From: Spongospora subterranea f. sp. subterranea | Lineage: Eukaryota | Reading direction: 5' to 3' | Assembly: GCA_049724395.1 (NCBI GenBank) | Contig: JAUGWO010000065.1 | Span: 124,001-157,399, forward strand | DNA length: 33,399 bases | Shown here: positions 11,817 to 26,362 of the stretch, piece by piece | How the letters are laid out: each line of letters starts with the position of its first letter | Numbering within the stretch: position 1 is the stretch's first letter | Program-made: the position numbers and the translations under genes | The notes under the pieces: generated by a model | Databases searched by the model: none | The model's input: the letters and a program-made list of their open reading frames with translations, nothing else | Told to the model about the DNA's origin: nothing

Positions 11817-12760
11817 ATGGTTCGCGTTGTTGGCAACTTGGGTAATCAGCACAACAGTAATGCTAAAATTACTTACATCTTACATTGGCTCGAAATCAAA
11901 GAAAATATCGACCTTGTTACCGGCAAGACCAGCGGGCCCATGATTGCCGGTAAAAAGGTGAAAAAATCATCGGTTTTTGCATCGATGGCGGATTTCATTA
12001 ATGAACAGCTCAAAGATTGCAAGCGGGTTTGGGATACCAAGACCGCAAAAAGTAGGTTCGCGTCCATTCTAACGAAATATAAAAAGACAAAGAAGGCGTC
12101 AATGGCAACCGGATTCGGTGTAACCGATGAAGAAAGGGATCGTTGTATCACTTTGATTGACGAAAAGCTGGAAAGTCTCTGTTTTGAATTTACTCGTCTG
12201 GACGCTATGTTCGGAGATAGACCGAACGTGACGGCTTCAGCAATCCTTCAACTAGGCGTCGCAGCCGATTTTTTTTCCAGAATGTCACTCTCGCGAATTA
12301 GCTTTCTCGGAAAGCGATTCTTCCAGCTCGTCGTTGGATATATCAGGTGCTGATTCATCGATGAGGAGGTGCTGGAACCCGAAGAGGGCGAACAATGTTC
12401 AAATGAGGACGACGTTGTGGGTGCTACAAATGCAAGAAAACGTACTCGTAGTTTATCAGCTGATCAGTAAAGCATGGTGACGCCCAGTCGAACCAACTCA
12501 AAAAGACAGCAGCATATGTGGCAAACCAAACCTGGTACGACTCCGCCTGTTCGGAAGGATTTTTCAAACGCGTACTTGGAGCACAATTCTAATTTTCAGC
12601 GGCAAGCAGCCGATGACATTCTGGAAAAAAATCGGCTGCGACGCCCAGTTGAAGAATTGCTGGAGCCGTCACGTTCGGTCTTTCTCCGAACATAGCGTAA
12701 AGACGAGTAAAGTCAAAACAGAGACTTTCCAGCTTCTCTTCAAAAGTTTGACCAAAAACC
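11817..12760 (+). mobile_element. Degenerate Myb/SANT-like ORF of the type that accompanies PIF/Harbinger transposons
   Basis: WLEIKENIDLVTG..G.K..FASMADFIN..WDTKTAKSRF..KYKKTKK..TGFGVTDEE..EKLESLCFEFTRLDAMFGDRPNV. A frameshift at the T-run ~12268-12276 is followed by an acidic linker, an in-frame TAA (~12468) and a KDFSNAYLE coiled-coil tail. No transposase or paired TIRs were found. Confidence 0.65.
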
Positions 12761-13733
12761 GAACCCGAACCCGAAGGTTGCGTTTGATCGATAGCCCTGT
12801 GCGCAGTCTATAGGTCAGCAAGTCTGTGCGAACATTTCTGTGAGTATATCTATGGATATTACTGATTTTTTCCTACAGTATCATGTTTCAAATGATCGGA
12901 AAAGTCGAGACAGTAGTTTGAGTGCCCATAGGTCAGTTAATACTTCGAAATAAAAAAATTAACTGAATAAATTGAAGGTGTCTGGAACTATCGCGCCTTG
13001 CATCATCACAGACCTACGTGTTGAACCCGAATCAACTTCATATCAGTGAGAGTTTTCCTGTATTGGAACTATTTACAGCTTGCTTCAACGAACAAATTAG
13101 TGGGAAATTCAAAGCATTTCGCTGTATCTAAGTCCAAAAATGCGGATCGAAGCATTGATAAAAAGATGAAGCTGTCAATAAATCAAAGTCGTCATATGCC
13201 CTTTCACGCCCAGTTCGCCTCAATTCCCAGTAATCACTTCCGTATTTTATTCAGACACCCTGTCGAGTTTCGGCTGAAAGGGCCCAAATTACTTTTGTAA
13301 TTTCAATCAACAATCGAATGCCCTTCAGAATCGCCAGCATTGTGGAAATACAACAGACGGGTCTGGTCCGTCAAATCGCCTGTCGTCTTTCTGCAGGGAC
13401 TCTTGAACATGAGTCGGACATTCGACCGCTTCCTTTTTACTTTCCTATCCGACGCTGGGGGTGTCCACCGACTCAACGGCGGACGCTTTGATGGATCAAA
13501 TGCTGGAAGGATTGTTAATCTCGTGTGTACCTTTCACTGGCCTACACAGATTTATCTTACATCCCAGCATTTGTGAGCCATTAATGCGTCCGCCGTTGAG
13601 TCGTAGGGAGGTTCAGATGAATCAGCTTGCGCTTCATCTTGATCAGCAATTGAATGCCCTTCAGCAATCGATGGTAGATGAAGTTAAACAATCACACTCA
13701 GGTTTAGTTTACAAAACGACATTTTGCCACTCC

Positions 13734-14070
13734 GACCTGCTCTGTTTGTTCAAGGTATTCAAGGAGTGTCTTGAACCTCTCCTCTCGTGATTTGGTGAAA
13801 TTTGCGATCGCAGAAAGGTTTCTGATTGTTCGTGTTTTCGGTTACTCGCAATATCTCGCCATATACAATCGCGAACGCAAACGACCTTGATTTCTCAAGT
13901 TGTGGATGAGCCGAATCTTTATCGTTGATGCGCTAGTCAGCAAGGATGGCTTAACAACATCTCTACGAATAATAAAAATACTGGAACCGTGGCAGTGGTC
14001 GGCGACGGTAACGGGCGGGTTTGATTTGCGACGGGCAATACAGAAAACGAGTTACATCTTCTGATCTTCC
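13734..14070 (-). pseudogene. NUF2: Degenerate 5' fragment (exons 1-2) of NUF2
   Basis: GCAGAAAGGTTTCTGATTGTTCG and AAGTTGTGGATGAGCCG are shared with 2380-2402 and 2575-2591. It has multiple deletions and no 3' exons. Confidence 0.9.
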
Positions 14071-14594
14071 TATGCAGAAACCCCAGCGGTAGAGGAAGAC
14101 CTTGTCAGTTACACACAGTTCACCCAGTCACACGCCGCACAATCTTCTGTTACACCAGCGAGGTCAATGGGCAAGAAGATCCTTGAGAAGGGCGCTGCGA
14201 TAAGGCATAGTCAATGTGCTTGATTCGACTTCTACATATGTGAGCGGTTCATAACGTGGAGCAAAGTCTTTCATAAAAGTCCATTTCGGATATGGTTGGA
14301 AGGAAACCCCCAGCGAACCCTGCTTTCGAACAGAATTTTACTTCGAAAAGTCTCAATACCCCCAATTGGTGGGGCAAACTTGAAATACATACAGTGTAGG
14401 TGTAGTGCAGTTATGGCCGTTGACCGGGCTGCAGTCGCTCACATACAGTCAAAGTGCTTGCGTTGTTTTTGAAATCTCAGTTTATGGCTGCGCAACAATC
14501 CCGGACCAAGACAAGTCAGGTGGAACCGTAGTGAAGGTGTTTTAGCACCCCAGAGGATAACGGCAGCAGCAGCTGCTGTTAATTCAGCCTTGGA

Positions 14595-15768
<1,174 letters not shown>

Positions 15769-15834
15769 AATATAATTATTAAATTAATTTATTCTATACT
15801 TTCCATAACGGTAGTACTGTATCGTTCCAGATCT

Positions 15835-16188
15835 CTAGCATTCGCTACCTTCATTGGGTATCTGCCCGCGGCTAACAGGTTTTGGTTCGAATATTTCAGG
15901 ATTGGATTTTGCTAGCCCATTAAACATCAAGAAGTTAGATAATGCTCTGATTGCGCTAAGAATGATATCAATTCGCAGGCCAAAACGGACGACGACGTGT
16001 TACTCTTGCTTCATTTCTTGGACCCTTTCGGGATCGGTCTCGTGCATATTTTTCCTGAACCCGCTCGTGATCATATCCTTCATCCCATCATACTTCCTGG
16101 TCGATTTTGGGGCAATATAGGCTGCAAGACGCAAACAATCCCGATACAACTGGATGCTCGTCCGATTAAAACCCGCCGTCGACGCCAT
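15835..16188 (-). CDS. Mitochondrial LYR-motif (Complex1_LYR) protein, 2 exons
   Basis: MASTAGFNRTSIQLYRDCLRLA...ITSGFRKNMHETDPERVQEMKQD|AIRALSNFLMF...EC*. Intron 15956-16003. LYR tripeptide and the downstream F..N..ETDP motif are present. Confidence 0.88.
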
Positions 16189-16463
16189 TCCGGATGCCGA
16201 CGCACAAATATGTCGTATCCCCCTGGCCTCCTCTGCTCGGCCTCTATCACTATGGAAATCCCATGTTGATAATGTTTGTTTATGGGATGTATGGCCATTA
16301 ATACTTATTCAACCTTCATCAGTGGTCTGTGCAACGTTACAAGATGACTGCACAGACCAGTATACAGAGTCGCAGAACGCAGCCCACCTGCTATCGTTTC
16401 CTGTTTAATTTCTCTCTACTGAAATCCATCATTATTTCAAAACACCTTTGTTTTGTTATAATT

Positions 16464-16822
16464 ATGGCCGGATTCACGACAGACAATGTCAGGCGTTGAA
16501 AATTCCTGCTTGTGGGTGGATCAGTGTCCATGAGTTTCAGCCATTAACCTTTATTAAAGCACTGACGAAGTTGATGACGAAGTATTGACGTGTTTTGTCG
16601 AAAGAATATCATTTGTCAGGGGCCCTTTTTTCAGAAAAGTGTCTGATAACCAGAAAGATGATCGCAATAAGATTGTCAGCTGTCGAAATAAACTGAAATA
16701 AAATAGACAGATTCGTCAGAGTGGTTACGTCTTGGTTCATGCGCAATTTTGGTGAGAGTATCATGGCGTCATCGACCGAAATGTCCAGGAAATATTATAC
16801 CACTCCGAAAATCTATTTCTCC
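16464..16822 (+). pseudogene. HYLS1: Pseudogenised copy of the HYLS1-like gene
   Basis: ATGGCCGGATTCACGACAGAC is identical to 5477. Premature TGA at codon 12, loss of the intron-1 acceptor, an unrelated ~130-bp block at ~16612-16745, and no exons 3-6. Confidence 0.85.
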
Positions 16823-17337
16823 AATTTCGTCCTTATCTTGCTGAGTGTTTAATCAACGATGATATCTCCCCGAATATGGTGGCATTTGTTGAAGGGTTGA
16901 ATGCGCAATGTAGCGCTCGCCGATATGACTGCAATGTTGAGCGCATATCAACAGGATGTTTCTTCGACAGATTCAGACACCAGCTGGATGACGGACCTGG
17001 ATATTGCTGATCTTCTATCACGTTCTCGGTCTTTAGTTTGACCGTCGATCTGCTGGTTTCGTCGGTGTGCCGTCAGACAACTTTCCGACCGTCGACGGGT
17101 CGCTATAAATGGGTTTCCACTCGATATAAACGCCGAGAATGGCACTGTTTTTATTCAACGGGCAGCGGTCATGGAAGGCATGGAGAAATTCTAAGAAAGA
17201 GAAGGCAGCGCACATTACATTACGCAGGAGACTGGAGGTATTTATGCTCGGCCAACTCCGCAAACTCGTTGGCAATCTGAATTCTGAATGTTGGTCTTGT
17301 AAAGACGATTGAGGGCGAGGCTCGGATTCTTGGCGTC

Positions 17338-18983
<1,646 letters not shown>

Positions 18984-19239
18984 CAAAAGCCCCAAATGTT
19001 TTCCACGTCTCAGAATTTTAAACAATGTCTGCTGGCAACTCTTTCTTGCTTCACAAATTATTGAAGCGTGTTAGAGATCAGTATATTAGAGTCAATGTTA
19101 TCTTGGGCTCACTACTGGAAAGTATCGAAACCTGAAACTGATATCAGATCACCAAGAATCATAGCAAACAATATCCCATACAATTTTAGCAAACAAATGA
19201 AGTCCGCGAGCGTACTTGACGCCGGGAGAAATCCTTGAG

Positions 19240-20607
19240 TCATTTTGCCTCAGAATATGCCTCGACATTGACAGATTCCAGATCGTGTGGATTCATTATA
19301 TCTGCCTTACTCTGAATCAGGCATAATTCCATATTTCCAGAAGCCTGTGTGCGACGTAATATCTGACGTAGAGTAGATAATCTGACAAGTCAAATTACCA
19401 ACTACATATAGAAAGTTCATTAACAAACTGACGCTAAAGGGATCGCTTGCATCACTGGGTGAACATGAATCCAGGCAAGCAGCAACGCAGCGATAAGATC
19501 ACCCGTACCCACATAATAGCCAGGAATTAAATCAACCCAAAATCTGTGTTGCCCGTCGGTTTTACTTGAGGCGAAGCTGCGAGTTTCTATGTAAAAAATG
19601 TGATAATGATTATTCAAACTGGTTACATCTCGATGATATTTTCGTTAGAAGGAAAATGTAAACTGGTAATAATAACGATTTTGGGGCCAATTTCGTGTAA
19701 GATCCGACATGCACGAGATGCATCGGCAGAACACTTGATGGATAATCCAGTTAAAAGCTCGGCCTCAGTCTGATTTGGCAAAACAATATCGGCAAATGGT
19801 AGAATCTGGTGGGCGATTAGCAGTCTAACTAAGGGAAACGTAACAAAATAAACCTTGTCGCGATAAATACCAACAAATTCTGATGGTACGTCTAGGGGGA
19901 ATTCAGGATACAACTTTTACGGAAAACGAACGGGATGTGCTTACATAGTTTCCCGCCATCACCCATAACAGGATCACAGATATATTGAACGGAATTGTTT
20001 GATTTTAGCTCTGGCAAAAGGGACGACAATGATTCAATAAACCCAACAGTCCCAATGTATCCTGAATAAGATTCAGAGAAACAATATTCCAGAAGCAGAA
20101 ATACTCGCCACCTGTCAAAATATAATCAAATGTCAGGACATTGTTGTCCTTCAACCCTTTAATAAGCTGTTCCAGGTGTGCTCCAGGAAACTGGTGACCA
20201 GTCCAGGATTTATATCCGGTGTGATTGGACAGCTGAACCGTATTGATGGGGCTCACATCTATTCCACGACAAACGTCAACGGGGCGACCGATACGATTGT
20301 GAGAGTAATCCGAGTAACCATACCGAACCCTAACAGTTGTAACGGGAACATGCATGCCTAACAGTGCAAACGACTGTGAATAAGAGGAGCGAAACGCAAT
20401 GACTCAGATGCAGATGAAGTGCAAAAAAACATACTGGGACCGTAGACGGCAGAGCATCAAATGGAATCGTGGTAACGTTGGCACTCAGGTAAAAATAACG
20501 TAACGCAAACGTTGCGTGGTTGTTTCGTATGGCGTTACCTTGTTGCCAACGTACCCATGAACTACGCTAGATTGAATGCTCAAAACTCGAGGAATTGGTT
20601 CCACCAT
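19240..20607 (-). CDS. PDXK: Pyridoxal kinase, multi-exon
   Basis: ATG at 20607 gives [50 protein letters not shown]. Later motifs are LTGY, CDPVMGDGG, PNQTEAELLTG, YVGTGDLIAALLL and ELCLIQS. TGA at 19240-19242. Confidence 0.96.
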
Positions 20608-21717
20608 TGGCGATGTGGACAGGTACGTATAAAGCAATCACTTATCGGAATGCAGCAAACCGGACTTAGTGTGAGTTTGAGGTCGAGAAGTCCGCGATTA
20701 CATCAAGATTGCTGTTATTAATTTGTTGAAATTTCCCTGCAGAGGTCGAACGGTTGCTGAGGGCATCTTGATAGGTCGTCATGGCGGAAACTTAACAGCT
20801 TTGCACTTTACACAAGCTTTGGAATCACAAACCCGTTTTTGCCCTGGCAAGTCATAGAAAATTTTGTTGTATTGCGCACCACAGGGTCGCACCGCAACAC
20901 GGGAAACGCATCAGATTATCCGAAATGAATTCAAAACTTCACTTTGATTTCGCACAACTGGTCGATTAGTGGACAGCGTTTCCGGAATGTGCTGTGAACA
21001 GTTCACTGGCTTGGCAGGGATCACAAGGTCATGCTTCCAAAGGCTCGTCATGACGATCGATCGTAATGCCTTCAGCTGTCCCCAGCTCTTCAACGTCTTG
21101 TCTCCAGGGCTATCTCGAGGTTAATATAAACCGAGTATGGTCATTTTTCGAAGGCAAAAACGAAAAGAGTGTGAGTCATTAGTTGGTGCATTCGCCATAA
21201 ATCAAACTGAACCCATCAATGTCACTCTTTACAATACTGCCAAAAATCCTGACCGTTTCCTGAAATTGCATTCGATCAGTTAATGGCGACCGATTGTCAC
21301 CTGCAAAGTGCTGGGCCGATTAAACGAATGAGGAGGGCGTTATGGTGCACCTTTGTCGTGGTGTCGCCAAGTTGCGGACGTGTTTGCAAAAAAGTACCAG
21401 GATTGGAGATGAATCACCATTCCCGCATTAAATTCAAGCAACGTCCCCTACTCGAATAGAATCGGCATCGTTAACACGATCGAATTCATGGTTTCAGTCA
21501 TGATTTGACTACCGTAGAGGTCATGATGGACCTCAGCGACAACGGTGACAAGTAGTATTCGGTCAATAACTTGCTAATTCCGTTCACTCAAGATACGGTC
21601 AATCAGTCCCCTCTTATGTCTGTGAGATTCACACTCAGTTCTTCCGACTTAATGGTTTTTAAATAAAACGTCGAGAATGTATTGGATTTGAAATCATATC
21701 GTATGTGTCATTTGATT

Positions 21718-22932
21718 TTAAGAAGTTATTTCTGGGGCTGGATCATCCACCTTCTCGAAAACTCGAACATAATCCACCTCCAAAAGTGGTCGCTCCCATT
21801 TCTCAGCGGCCGATGTCGATAGTTTCGTCTGGTTCCCAAAGAATTCCCCGCCGACGGCCATGTTCATCAACAGGTAGAATTCCTCATCGAACGGCGCGCC
21901 ATTTTTCGAATAGATCTCCCCAAATCTCTGATCTAGATCGATATCCAGAACCTTATGCCCGTCGAAGAATGTCTGAGATTGCGAAAAATTTCAAAAAAAG
22001 ATCAGCACCGCGGTCTCATTTCATGACGAATCATCAAACCTGAAGTCGCTGCGGCGTCCAATCCAACCTGTAAAGATGGAACCTCGCCGATAAATCAACA
22101 GCGACGTCGTCGTTATTGACCAGACATTGCACACCCGAGCTCTGGAACTTGTTGTTCGGCTGTTTCGGAGGATGAGACAACAAACGGCAAGGACGAAGGC
22201 GACGCGAAGCCTTACTGGCATACCGCCGTAATGAATTGTGGACGAAAACTCGGTCGGCATGGAGCCGGTTGTGTCGATGATATCGATTTCCCCGCTGTTG
22301 GCGAACCCTCCATAGACGTCGTTCAACGGCAACATCCATATCGTTGGCCAGAGCATCTTGCCGCGCGGCATTCGCGCACGAACCTCGATCCGCCCATATT
22401 TCCACGCCATTCGCCCCTTGGTTTTCACCCGCCCGCTCGTGTACAGCTTGGTGGCGATACAGTCGGTATCGCGCGTACAGATATCGTCCACCGATGGCGT
22501 ATACCCATCCTTGTGCAGCTCGGCCTGGATGAACAACCGCCCGTCCTTGACGTAGATGTTCTCGGGGCGCGACGTGTAGCACTGCAGCTCCTGGCTACGA
22601 CAGTCGACATCGACCGACCATTTACCCAGGTCGAACTCGTCGCCGTCGAACTGATCTTCCCAAACCAGCCTGTAGCCGGGCTCGATTGTTCCATTGCTGG
22701 TCGGCTGGAATTCGGTGGGCAACGGCGGCAGATCAGCCGCGGTCATCTGGTTCAACGGGCCAACGTCGCCGCCGCGAGACGATTTCACACCTTTCTGTTT
22801 GGCCAGCTCTTTAGCCTTTTTATCGGCGCGGGCCTGAGCTGTCTGATTGGCGGCCTGCGCTTTCGCTGCCGGCAGTGCCATGTTTTTCACGGTCTCGGTT
22901 AGAAACCGCGGGTCAAATCCCATGAGACCCAT
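21718..22932 (-). CDS. GH16 beta-1,3-glucanase/laminarinase-like protein (3 exons) with variant catalytic motif EIDIID
   Basis: LVWEDQFDG, ELQCYT..EN, YTSGRVKT, KYGRIEVRARMPRG..LWPTIWMLP, GEIDIID, FHLYRLDWTP, APFDEEFYLLMNMAVGG, LEVDYVRVF. TAA at 21718-21720. Confidence 0.93.
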
Positions 22933-23048
22933 AACGATTTAATTAACGCGTTAAATTAGACACAAAAGAATAAATCGTGAGTCAATGTCGACCAGAGGGG
23001 TATAAGAGTCGCAGCTGGCGCAAATTTGAACAATGAGTGGATTTATTT

Positions 23049-24812
23049 TCAAGCACCGATCGAGTTGGAGTTGGATTGGCCAATCGATCGAACCGCTTTG
23101 ATAGCGGCATCATCAAGATCGTTGGCCGTGACGATGTTCATGCCGCTATTCTGCAAGATGGCCTTGCCGGCGTCGACATTGGTGCCCTCCAGGCGCACTA
23201 TTAACGGGATATCGAGATGTACCATCTCGTTAGCCGCCACAATCCCTGCGATCCCCCCCCCCCCCGGGTTCAATAAAAACATTCACGAAAAACAAGTCGA
23301 CATCTCTACCTTCAGCGATAATGTCACATTTCATGATTCCACCGAATATGTTAATTAAAATCGCCTTCACCTCAGGATCGTTGTTTAGAATCTCGAACGC
23401 TGCAGCGACCTGAAATATCAGGCGTCAGAAGCAGTACCTCAAAGGGCTGGAACGATTCGGTACCTGCTCGACATCGGCGTTGCCGCCGACGTCGAGAAAG
23501 TTAGCTGGCGCCCCGCCATGAAGCTTGATTATATCCATGGTGGCCATCGCCAAGCCGGCCCCGTTCACCATACACCTAAGCGAGAGGTTTGAGAGATCGG
23601 AAGACGAACATACGCCGGGTGCATGATTGTCACCCGATGTTTCCATCCAGCCCAATGTAATTCAGGTCGTGTTTGGCGGCTTCGACTTCGCGCGCGTCCT
23701 CCATTGAGAAATCACGCTGGCCGAATATTTCCTACTCACGACACTAAGTGGTCGAATTTTCGACAAAGGAGAAACGCTGGAAGACCTTGTGGCGAAACGA
23801 TGCGTTGTCGTCGAAGTTGATTTTGGCGTCAACACAGTAAATCTGAATCGTTGATGAAAACGGTGTGAAATTACAACGGATTTAGTCCAGTTCACCTCAT
23901 TCTCGGTTGTTTCGACCAATGGGTTGATCTCGATCTGTGTGGCGTCTTTTTCCATAAATAGGTTGTACAGCCCCTGAATCTGGGTTTCGAGGCGCTTGAT
24001 ACTGTCCGCAGACGTGAATCCGAGCAATTCGGCAATCTGGTCGGTGATCTCGGGAGTTAAACCCTTAGCGCCATCGATTGGTATTGTGTGAATCTCATCT
24101 GGGTGCTCTTTAGCGACCTACGTTATCGACGCTCAACAATGATCGAAGCTGATCAACGACACGCAGCGATGTGGGGTTTACCTTCTCGATATCCATACCG
24201 CCCATCTTGGAGACAACAGCAACGGGTCCATCGTAGGATCGGTCCAGCAACAGAGCGAAATACAATTCGCGATCGAAATTGATCCCTTTCAGCACGAGGA
24301 CCTTATTACATGGCTGGCCCTCCGGCCCAGTTTGTTCCGTTATTAGCCGAGCCCCGAGCATGTTCTTCGCTTTCGCAGCGACCTCGTCGGGGGTGAAGCA
24401 CAGTTTCACACCGCCTGAAAATTTCACGAATTTAGGTGGTGAAGATTGTGGAAAAATCCGCTCCCGACCTTGAAATCCGTTATCGAAACGCCCTTTGCCT
24501 CGGCCACCGGCTAATACTTGAGCCTTCACGATCAGCTCTTTGCAGTTTTCCTCGACCAATTTCCTTGCGATCTCGGCCGATTCCTGAACCGTCGACGCAA
24601 CGTCACCCTGTTGCACATTCACACCATAGCTCGACATGATCGATTTACTCTGATATTCATGCTGAAGTCCATATCACGGGTCAGCATGCGAGGCACGAGG
24701 GGACGAGGTCTGCTTGGGCAGCAGTAATTACCAGATATAGATATCGTCTAGAGCACGAGGTGATATTTGAACCAGCGCGACGCAACGACGCGTTGAACAG
24801 ATGGCTCATCAT
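23049..24812 (-). CDS. sucC: Succinyl-CoA ligase beta subunit, mitochondrial, multi-exon
   Basis: Arg/Ser-rich presequence [15 protein letters not shown], then [58 protein letters not shown] and VRLEGTN. ADP or GDP specificity cannot be determined. Confidence 0.96.
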
Positions 24813-25075
24813 ATTTGGGCGGAGATTCGTTGCCCTGTCGGTATCGAGGCAATTTGCTGATTTGCGGTTGGTCAAACCGTGGTGGATTTACAGTTACACG
24901 AGCCGGGGGGAGGGGGGAGCAGTACGGCAGAGAGCGCGAGAGGGAGAGGGCAGAGCAGACGGACAGCGTGCACTGTAGGGTAGGTGTTACCTCTCTGTAC
25001 ACAGTCCCAGTTAACGATCCTCTAAAGGGTTCCGCTGACCCATTTCAGTTGGGAATCAGAAGACTTCGGTTTTCT

Positions 25076-25258
25076 ATCGGAGGAATAGCGAGTGCGACCT
25101 TTACATCTCAACTGATTGTTTTATCGGCTGTCGTCGCTGTAGGCGCCTGTCCTTTATATAATTACGACAGACGTAGGCGCCTACAGCGACGACTGCAGAT
25201 AAAACGATCAGTATGGATGTGAAGGTGTTGAATGTAACGCCCTCGCTATACCTCCGAT
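25076..25258. repeat. Imperfect ~180-bp inverted repeat (MITE-like fold-back)
   Basis: Perfect 19-bp core GTCGTCGCTGTAGGCGCCT (25130-25148) / AGGCGCCTACAGCGACGAC (25175-25193). Outer pairs are ACTGATTGTTTTATC/GATAAAACGATCAGT and ATCGGAGGAATAGCGAG/CTCGCTATACCTCCGAT. Confidence 0.85.
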
Positions 25259-26280
25259 CATTGGTCCGAGCAACAGTTGATTATTGCAACATACAGGTTC
25301 AATCATTGCAGAAATCCGATCTCCAGGCTACTCTAACAGGCCTGCGTCATAATTAACAGCAGATCAGTTATCGTAATGGAATCAGTATACAGAGATGAAA
25401 GAGACCCATAGCAGCTCCTAAAAGAATCAAAACAAGCGTCCTCGAACTGTTTCAGAATGAGTTTCCAGAACGGGGTAAATATCAAGGACGTTGCTCAGAT
25501 TCTAGCGCAACAGTATGGAACTGTCTTACGTTCTGGCGGCTCCATCTCGTTTGGTCCATGTTTAGATCGAGACTTAACGACGGCTTGATCATCAGACCGT
25601 TCTAGGAAACCACTATCTTGCTGTACACCAAAAATCTGTATTTCGGCCTTCTTGGTTATGGACGACAGTATTCCATCGTTGACGTTTTTGAAGCCTTGGA
25701 TATAAATAATGCAAATGATTTGAAAATTATTTGATCTACCGTACTTCACAAAAAAATGGTTAACAAAATAATCACATTATTTCTAAGCACCTTTTAACGT
25801 TTCTGTGATTTTTTCATAAAAAAAAATCTCAAATAAAAAGTGGGGTGATTGGTGATATTGTGAAAATGACGCGATGGCTGTTATCAAAGCCAGTTAACCA
25901 GCGATGGATTGACGCTCAAGAAAAGCGTCGTCAAAGCCAAGCCAATGTTGAAAATGTCGGACGCATCTGGGAAATTTGGACATGGAGCTCGCCTGCTCAA
26001 TCTTCGTGATCAATACCAGGGAGTTCACAAATTTGATCAAGCAAAGCAGTATTATGAAAAATGGGTTCAGTACGTGGAATCATTCAACGTGTCTGATGTT
26101 TTTTTTAGTGGAAATATGAGTTCATCGATGTAAACAGTAAAGTTTGCGTTGATGCCAAGTACAAAGTCTAGGAAACAGTCGCGCCACAGGTCCCGAATTA
26201 TTTCATGGAGGGTGATTTGGTGTGGTGGGGCACTCGGGAGGACAACAGGATCTGTACAGTAGTAGGATGTTTATTACAGT

Positions 26281-26362
26281 TAGGGTTGTCAACGGTTCCA
26301 AACCGGCCAAACCGGTTTGAATCAGATTGCACCCGGTTGTGATCAACCCGTTGCCATCTCTA
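26281..26362. mobile_element. 82-bp non-autonomous hAT-type MITE
   Basis: Exact 8-bp TSD ATTACAGT at 26273-26280 and 26363-26370. Imperfect 15-bp TIRs TAGGGTTGTCAACGG / CCGTTGCCATCTCTA. Internal AACCGG repeats. Confidence 0.85.

Noticed and set aside
13865..13900. Apparent precise loss of NUF2 intron 1 in the pseudogene, suggesting a retrocopy
   Set aside because: A single GTG-microhomology deletion removing the intron plus ~21 exon bases explains it more simply, and other introns and intergenic DNA are co-duplicated.
16830..17337. Possible extra small gene between HYLS1 and the kinase (aligns partly to 6425-6680)
   Set aside because: No reading frame is convincingly preserved in both copies and no motif is recognised. 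A longer HYLS1 3' exon cannot be excluded.
20620..21600. Possible plus-strand gene divergent from PDXK
   Set aside because: Splice-like signals exist, but I could not build a stop-free model or recognise a domain.
22231..22902. 223-aa plus-strand ORF and other overlapping ORFs
   Set aside because: Antisense or alternate-frame shadows of the GC-rich GH16 exon. The same applies to ORFs overlapping NUF2 exon 1 and sucC.
25400..26133. Short peptides resembling a TPR repeat (25909-26133) and an aminotransferase class V C-terminus (~25460-25540)
   Set aside because: Too short and isolated; the resemblance could be chance.
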